DNA of 13,156 bases, taken from the NCBI GenBank assembly GCA_963771885.1, contig CAVYVF010000013.1, positions 1 through 13,156 on the forward strand, read 5' to 3'. Made by a program: the position numbers and the translations under genes. The notes below the pieces were generated by a model. It saw only the letters and a list, made by a program, of their open reading frames with translations. It was not told where the DNA came from and did no database searches. How positions within the stretch are numbered: position 1 is the first letter of the stretch; the number at the start of each line of letters is the position of its first letter. This DNA is from Candidatus Bathyarchaeota archaeon. Its GTDB lineage: Archaea; Thermoproteota; Bathyarchaeia; TCS64. Positions 6,722 to 13,156 of this stretch are shown in pieces.

Positions 6722-8639
6722 GTGAAGCCTTTGAAGATAAGCTTCGGTGAGGAGGTCACCGGGAACTACTCGAAGGCGAGGGAGAAGGAGTGGCTGATAA
6801 CAAACGGGATCGGCGGATACGCGTCATCCACCATCACAGGGGCCAACACCCGGGGGTACCACGGTCTGCTCGTGGCGAGCACGGGGGCTAATCTTCGGAG
6901 GACGCTCCTGCTCTCTAAGATGGAGGAAGAGGTGGTTATCGGCGGCAGGGTCTATCTCCTCTCCACGAACAGGTACCCCGACGTGATACATCCCGAGGGT
7001 TACAAGTTCCTGAGGGAATTCCGCCTGGAGCATGATCCTCAGTTCATCTATGACCTTGGTGGAGTCGAGTTATCTAAAACTGTTCAGATGGCTTATGGAT
7101 GCAACTCGGTGTCAGTCACCTATGAGACGGACGCCTCAGATGTAGACATCGCCTTGAGGCCTCTCACCAGCAACAGGGGATTCCACGAGCGGTTAAAAGA
7201 GGCCTCAGAGTCCTTCACGCAGCATCCATGCAGCCGAGGTGTGGTGGTCAAGGCGGGCGACTCCCTAGCGCTGACCATTGAAGGCAGCCATGGGGGCTAC
7301 GAGGAGGACGGAGCTTGGTACAGGAACATGGTGTATGACGAGGAGTCTGAAAGGGGATTGGAAGATAGGGAGGACCTCTTCAGCCCCGGTAGGTTCCATG
7401 CCAAGCTTGGTAGGGGCCAGGTCTACCGCGTAGTCTCTTATACTGATCCCGTCTCGGCGTTGCCGGTGGAGAGGCCTACGTCGAGCCCTTCCCATGATTT
7501 GGTTGGGTGGCTGACTCGTGCATCGGAGCATTTCGTTACGAGGCTTCCCAGTGGTGGCTATACGATAATTGCAGGTTACCACTGGTTTGGGGAGTGGGGT
7601 AGAGACGCGGCCATTTCGCTCCCGGGTCTGCTGCTAGCGACTCGGAGATATCGGTGAGGCTAGGGGTGTGATACGGCGCTTCTTAGCCGGGACCCGCGTG
7701 GGTCTGACGCCAAACCTGGTGGGGGAAGATGGGGAGCCGCTCTACAACTCCGTCGATGCTTCGCTTTGGCTGATCTACGCTGCCTACAAGTACCACCTCT
7801 ATACGGGTGATGACGATTTCATACGGGAGATATTACCCGGAGCTCTTAGACGTAGTCAGCTGTTGTAGACGGGGAAATGTGTGCGTTGGAGCAGCCGCGG
7901 ATGGGTTGCTTGAATCCGTTGCTGAGGGTAGCTCGTTTACCTGGATGGATGCCAGGGTCGATGGTATGCCTGTCACTCCCCGGGTCGGGAAGTGCGTCGA
8001 GGTAAATGCGCTTTACTATAACGCGCTGCGAAGCTTGGAGTTCCTCGGTAAGCGGATAGGCGAGGACCCTGGCCTCATGGAGGAGGCAGAATGCGTGAAG
8101 AAGGCATTCAATGAGGCTTTCTGGTACCCGGAGGGGCGATACTTGTATGACTGCTTGGATGAGGGTCGGGGGACAAGTCGCTGAGGCCCAACCAGATCCT
8201 CGCTATCAGCCTGCCCTTTCCGGTCCTCGAGGAGGAGCGGTGGGGTGCCGTCTATAAGGCGGTTGAGCGGGAGCTGCTTACTCCGTATGGGTTGAGGACG
8301 CTCTCCCCGAGGGATCCGAGGTACCGTGGGAGGTGCCTGGGGGGCCCAGGTGAGCGAGACTACTCCTATCACAACGGTACGGTGTGGGCTTGGCTCATCG
8401 GGCCGTTCATCACCGCGCATGTGCGGTTAGGCTTCTCCGGGGACGCGGTTATGGTGCGCCACGTCCTCAATCATTTTAAGCAGCATCTTAGTGATGCTGG
8501 ACTCGGCAGCGTCTCGGAGATATTCGACGGGGACCCGCCGCATAGGCCCCGAGGCTGCATCGCTCAGGCTTGGAGTGTGGGGGAGCTGCTGAGGGTCATA
8601 CATGAGGATCTGAAGGGTGCCGAGTTGAAGGAAATATGA
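6722..8639 (+). CDS. glycogen debranching enzyme / amylo-alpha-1,6-glucosidase (GDE_N + GDE_C, GH133-type, ~638 aa); apparent frameshifts at ~7653 (+1), 7833-7834 (+1), 8168-8172 (-1)
   Basis: EWLITNGIGGYASST, TRGYHGLL, IIAGYHWFGEWGRD, YNSVDASLW, TWMDA...TPR.GK.VEVNALYYNAL, RPNQ, YHNGTVWAWL, SEIFDG.PPH.PRGCIAQAWS. Four ORF-track pieces join. GTG 6722 follows GAGGGG; the frame is open back to 6626. Confidence 0.92.
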
Positions 8640-9698
8640 CTAATCAGGTGAGGTTTGAGAAGCAGGTTCAGGAGGCGAGGATCCTCAGCCCGCTCACGGG
8701 GTTCACCCCCCAGGCGCAGTCGGTTGAGAGGAGGAAGGACCCTCTCCTCAACAAGTGGTGTAGGATAAACGTGGAGAGGGCGAATCGGCCGAAGAGTAAG
8801 TCTGGTGAGTCGGCCGTCTCCCAGCTCGCGGAGTCCTCGGCTGCAGAACTGCCCCTTCTGCCCGGGGCGAATAGACACTAGTACGCCCAAGTTCGTCGAG
8901 GAACTCATCCCGGAGGGGAGGCTGCGGGTCGGGGAAGCCGTTGTGGTTCCGAACCTCTTCGCGTTCGCCCAAAACCACGCGGTGGTCGTGCTCTCGAGTG
9001 AGCATTATCTACGCCTCGACGAGTTCAACCCTGGGCTTATACTGGATGGGTTAAAGGCCTCCGTGGAGTACCTCAAGGCGGTGAGGTCCTGCAACCCGAA
9101 GGTCCGGTATTGCTCCATCAACTGGAACAACCTCCCGACGGCCGCTGCGAGCATGCTTCACCCCCACCTCCAGGTCATCGCGGATGAGACTCCAACCCAC
9201 TACCTCAGCGAATGCATCGCGGCGTCTAGGGACTACTACGAGGTGAATGGTACAAGTTACTGGCTGGACGTCGTGGAGGCTGAGCGTAGCGGCGGTGAGA
9301 GGTACGTGGAGGACTTTGGTGAGTCGAGTTGGTTGACCAGCTTCTGTCCCCTGGGCAACAACGAGGTGCAGGGGATACTCAGGGCGTCGAACCTCCTAGA
9401 GTTGACTGGGAGGCAGCTCGAGGATTACTCGACGGGTTTGTCCGCGATGTTGAGGGGGTATCAGGGCAGTGGGGTGCAGGCCTTCAACCTTAGCCTCTTC
9501 TCTGGGCCGCTGGACCGCGCGACGCCGGGGTTCAGCGTGCACTCTAGGATGATTTCGAGGCCTGATATGAAGGCGGTGTATACGGCGGATACGGGCTTCA
9601 TGGAGAGGCTTCACGACGAGATTGTGGTGGAGACGATGCCTGAGGAGGTGGCGTCGAGGATGCGTGTGGCTATCGCTTCGCCTTCTCGTAGACTTTGA
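8636..9698 (+). CDS. GalT-like (HIT superfamily) sugar-1-phosphate nucleotidyltransferase (~353 aa); apparent +1 frameshift at ~8840
   Basis: RKDPL...W..I..ERANRP, CPFCPG, VVPNLF, NWN....AAASMLHPHLQV (HxHxQ catalytic motif). ATGA overlap with the GDE stop. Confidence 0.88.
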
Positions 9699-10903
9699 GG
9701 GTCTCGGCTACCGCCTTATCCCATGTGAAGGTGTCTAGGACATGTTTTCTGCCGTTCTCCCCCCAGGCCTTTGCTTCGGCGTCGTCGTGCAGGGCCTCGT
9801 TTAAGCCCCATGCGATGTCGTTGGGGTCTCCGCCGTTGACGTGGAGTCCACACTTTTGTGGGCCGTTCGGTATCACTTGCTCGGCGAAGCCGACTACCCC
9901 CCTGGCGCCGACGACGACGGGTTTGGCCATGGCCATCGCCTCGAGGCTGACTATGCCGAAGGGCTCGTATGTTGAGGGGAAGACGCATACGTCGGAGGCG
10001 GCGTAGTGCCGTATCCTCTCCTCCTCTGAGATGAATTCGAAGGAGAGCTTCACCCGCTGCGTCAAGCCGAGGGTGTTCACGAGTGCATTCAGCTCGTGCT
10101 CCTGCTCGCCTATTCCCAGCACTACGAGCTTTGCCTTCTCCTTGACCTCGGTCATCCCCCTGACCAGCTCGACGGCTCCCTTGATCTGGGTTAGTCTGCC
10201 GACGAAGAGGATCATCTTCTCGTTGTCGCCGATGCCGTATTTGTGGCGGATCGCCTGAGTCTCCTTCTTGCTGACCTTCTCGGGGCTGTACTTGTCTGGG
10301 TCGACGCCGTTCCAGACTACGTTGATCTTTGACTCGTCCCAGCCATGTCGGGTGAGGTCGGCCTTCATTGCGTTGCTGACGGTGATTATCTGCGTCGCCT
10401 CGTCGGCGGCGGCTTTCTCTATGTTTGTTACTACGTCTGAGCCTCTTCCGTTGGTTCTGCCCCACTCGGTTGAGTGGACGTGGAAGACCCTGGGCATGTC
10501 TGAGCCGCTCTTAGCCATCAGGCCGGCTATTCCGCTCAGCCAGTCGTGGTAGCTGACTAGGTCGAATTTTTTGCCCTCCTCCGCTATCAGGCCGTTTAGC
10601 AGCTTGTCCGCTGAGAGGATGTTGTAGAGGGCGATGTCGCTGAAGAATCTCAAACCCGCTCCCCATCTCCTGAGGCTGTGGTCGGCGATGAGTTGGAATA
10701 CGTTGCTGGCGTCTGTGATGGTGGGGCGGTAGACGTCCACCCCGTCTATATTCTCCTTGGTCTTGAGTCCGCCCCTGTTTAGGGTGAAGATCTGAGACCT
10801 CGTGGCCCATCTTGACTAGGCCGGGGGCCATGTTGTGTGCGTATGTGCCCAATCCCCCAGCGATTGTGGGTGGGTACTCCCAGACAAATAATGCGATGTT
10901 CAT
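9670..10903 (-). CDS. GT4 family glycosyltransferase (glycogen-synthase-like, ~410 aa); apparent +1 frameshift at ~10792
   Basis: MNIALFVWEYPPTIAGGLG... joins via IFTLNRGGLKTKENIDGV to ORF 9670..10740; HDWL, HSTEWGR, FVGRLTQIKG, YEPFGIVSLEAMA (E-x7-E). Confidence 0.92.
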
Positions 10904-10904
10904 C

Positions 10905-12149
10905 TTAGCACCTTTCAGTTTTTACTCTTCGTTTCTTATCGTTTTTAGCCTCGTTCTTCTTCGCGGGCTTCCAGGTTCCCTTTTCGTATTCGGATAGTAT
11001 GCGTGTGTAGGTTCCGATGGTACTGCTGGCTATGGCGCCCCACTCATATGACTCTGCTCGAAGCTGGGCCTCGTCTCTCAGGCCGCGTGCGTATGCAGGG
11101 TCGGTGATTACTCTGCGGATGCCCCCCGCTATCGATTCGGGGGTGTTGTAGATGAATGTGGCGGTTTTATCGTGCTCTAGGATCTCTCCTAGGCCACCTG
11201 CGCCCGAGGTCACTATGGGGGCGCCGGCGGCCATGGCTTCGAGGGCGACTATGCCGAATGGCTCGTAGAGGCTCGGTATGACGCAGGCGTCTGCTGTTCT
11301 GAAGAGTCCTCTGATGGTCTCGGTTTCTAGGAAGCCCGTCACGTATACTCTTTGGGCTAGGCCGAGTTCGTTGACGCGGCGGATAAGCTCCTCTTTGAGG
11401 TATCCCTCGCCGACCACGATGAGTTTCATGTTTAGGTCTCGTAGGTGTTGGGTCGCCTCGATTAGGTTCTGAACCCCCTTCTCCTGGACGAGTCTGCCGA
11501 CGTATAGCACGAGTTTCTCTTCGGGTGCGGCGAATTTTCCTCTGCTCTCCATTAGGTTTGTCGGTGCCCTGAATGGTTTGAGGTCTATTCCGTTGGGGAC
11601 TATGTCGAGTCTATAGTCTGAGGTGTTGAAGGCTGATGTGATCTCTTTGGTCATGTACTTGCTGCAGCAGATTACCCTCCATGCCTCTTGGATCAGCCAG
11701 GACTCCGTGGAGCTGATCATCTGCTGGTACTCGTTGTGGACTCCGTTTCTTCTGCCGTGCTCTGTGGAGTGTATGGTCGCGGCGAGTGGTATGCGGAACA
11801 TGTGCTTTAGGCCGATGGAGGCGCTTGCGACGAGCCAGTCGTGTGCGTGTATCAGGTTGATCTTGTACCTGGGGATTAGGGAGGAGGCCTCCCTCTTCAG
11901 GTTCACGTTCATCATTGATACCCAGGTCGCGAAGTCGGGGGTCGGGTACCCGTAGGAGTCGATGCGGTGAACCTTTACGCCGTCGACGTCTTCGGTGCTT
12001 TCGGCACCGGGGAAGTCGCAGGTGGCTACGTGCACCTCGACGCCCTTCTTTACAAGTGCGCGTGATAGCTCGTAGACGTGGGGTGCGATGCCGCCGACTA
12101 CTCTGGGCGGGTACTCCCACGACAGCATCATTACCCTCATATTGCGCAT
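10905..12149 (-). CDS. GT4 family glycosyltransferase (glycogen-synthase-like)
   Basis: Intact 414-aa ORF (alternative start 12140): SWEYPPRVVGG, HAHDWL, TIHSTEHGR, YVGRLVQEKG, YEPFGIVALEAMA. Confidence 0.93.
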   Translation of the reverse strand: MRNMRVMMLSWEYPPRVVGGIAPHVYELSRALVKKGVEVHVATCDFPGAESTEDVDGVKVHRIDSYGYPTPDFATWVSMMNVNLKREASSLIPRYKINLIHAHDWLVASASIGLKHMFRIPLAATIHSTEHGRRNGVHNEYQQMISSTESWLIQEAWRVICCSKYMTKEITSAFNTSDYRLDIVPNGIDLKPFRAPTNLMESRGKFAAPEEKLVLYVGRLVQEKGVQNLIEATQHLRDLNMKLIVVGEGYLKEELIRRVNELGLAQRVYVTGFLETETIRGLFRTADACVIPSLYEPFGIVALEAMAAGAPIVTSGAGGLGEILEHDKTATFIYNTPESIAGGIRRVITDPAYARGLRDEAQLRAESYEWGAIASSTIGTYTRILSEYEKGTWKPAKKNEAKNDKKRRVKTERC

Positions 12150-12152
12150 TGC

Positions 12153-12779
12153 TTATCGACACCTCCCTTGGGCGGCTGACGCGTAGCTGTCCAGCGTCTT
12201 CTTGATCTCGTCTGGTTTCCCCGATGGAATGGCGACGACCTTCTCCTCGGGCGTGTTGTAGCCTTCGATGACCAGCTTCCTCATCTGCTCGTTCTTAACG
12301 ACGATGAGATCCGATTCGAGGATCCCCATCGCCTCCAGTCCCCTGATGCAGGAGCTTAGGGCGTAGGTTGAGCCAGGCGAGCGCTGCTCCTCCAGGCTGT
12401 GAAGGGTGAAGACGAATGGGAGGCCGTGGGCCCTCTTGAGGCTGACGCCGGCTGGTACGAAGTGCCAATCCTGAACGTCTAGCACGTGGCCGGCGTCCGG
12501 CTTCTCGTAGTATATGTCGGATACGATTCTCTCCATCTCCGCGTTGAAGGATAGGCACCATGTCAACACCGAGATCTGCGACTTGACGGGGTTGGATGCC
12601 CAGTAGATGTCTAGCAGCTCCCCCTTCTTTTCGTGTTGGAACCCGGAGTCGTGGCATGTGACGACTCGGACTGGGACCTTCGCGGAGTTTAGCCCCGTGG
12701 TTAGGCCCTCTACGTAGTGGGATAGGTCGCCGATGATGTTCGGGGGGTACTCCCACGTCAGTATCACTGGGGTTAACAT
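12153..12779 (-). CDS. GT4 N-terminal-domain-only protein
   Basis: Intact 208-aa ORF paralogous to the N-half of the two neighbours (TWEYPPNIIG, VQDWH, TLHSLEEQR) with no VGRL..KG or EPFG...E motifs; 3-nt gap to the next gene. Confidence 0.82.
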   Translation of the reverse strand: MLTPVILTWEYPPNIIGDLSHYVEGLTTGLNSAKVPVRVVTCHDSGFQHEKKGELLDIYWASNPVKSQISVLTWCLSFNAEMERIVSDIYYEKPDAGHVLDVQDWHFVPAGVSLKRAHGLPFVFTLHSLEEQRSPGSTYALSSCIRGLEAMGILESDLIVVKNEQMRKLVIEGYNTPEEKVVAIPSGKPDEIKKTLDSYASAAQGRCR

Positions 12780-12793
12780 GGCGAACGAATCCG

Positions 12794-13056
12794 TTATGTG
12801 TAGAGTGAGGATACGCGGATGATGCCTCTGCCCGTGAGGTTGTAGTATCTGGTGCCGGATTTCTCAGTGTATTCGAGGTAGCCTGAGGCGAGCTGGCTCT
12901 CGATGATCTGCTCGAGTTCCTCCCTGTTCATCTCGGTGATTTCGACTAGCTCGTCGAGGGATTTTCCGGTTTCCCGACTACGGCGCCGACGTTGTGTAGG
13001 AAGACTAGTAGTTTCTGGTGGGGTGTATGCTCGCCTCTGCTCATCTTGTTGATCAT
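12794..13056 (-). CDS. small winged helix-turn-helix protein (~83-87 aa); apparent -1 frameshift at 12970-12972
   Basis: (MINK)MSRGEHTPHQKLLVFLHNVGAVVG / TGKSLDELVEITEMNREELEQIIESQLASGYLEYTEKSGTRYYNLTGRGIIRVSSLYT*; GY...Y.LT.RG wing pattern. Start 13056 or 13044; a TATA-like CCTAAATA at 13077-13070 fits 13044. Confidence 0.75.
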
Positions 13057-13156
13057 CTTTTGTTTGGGATATTTAGGTTATGGACGCGGGATGCTGTTGG
13101 TGCGCGAGTATGGTAGCTAAAAGATTATCAATCGATCGATAATTGCTCCGCGCATC

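Noticed and set aside
9695..12756. Long alternative-frame and antisense ORFs over the GT4 genes (e.g. 9716..10465, 11611..12162, 12295..12756)
   Set aside because: Arg-rich off-frame products of codon bias in GC-rich genes; no motifs.
686..12972. Programmed ribosomal frameshifting or phase variation
   Set aside because: No consistent slippery heptamers or long repeats; shifts are scattered over unrelated genes.
1..13156. CRISPR array, tRNA, rRNA, transposase or integrase
   Set aside because: No regularly spaced repeats, cloverleaf, rRNA-like sequence or recombinase motifs seen.

Overview
Archaeal-looking chromosomal window (TATA-like boxes ~26-30 nt before TTG/GTG/ATG starts, GGTGA/GGAGG RBS; gene content suggests Bathyarchaeia or a related lineage, which is inference). 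The sequence carries about 15 single-base indels, so many genes are split in, or missing from, the ORF track; I rebuilt them by hand. Left part (1-5150): FUN14 protein, small hypothetical protein, nitroreductase (absent from the ORF track), F420-dependent Ddn-family oxidoreductase, cupin, DapA-family aldolase, alpha/beta hydrolase and a decayed PIN/VapC remnant, plus CG-alternating motifs and hairpins in the intergenic DNA, including a ~114-nt structured element with C/D-box motifs. Right part (5186-13056): an alpha-glucan/glycogen cluster of two convergent operons: (+) GH57 amylase with a DUF5752-like tail, GH133-type debranching enzyme, GalT-like nucleotidyltransferase; (-) small winged-helix protein (absent from the ORF track), an N-terminal-domain-only GT4, and two full GT4 glycosyltransferases.
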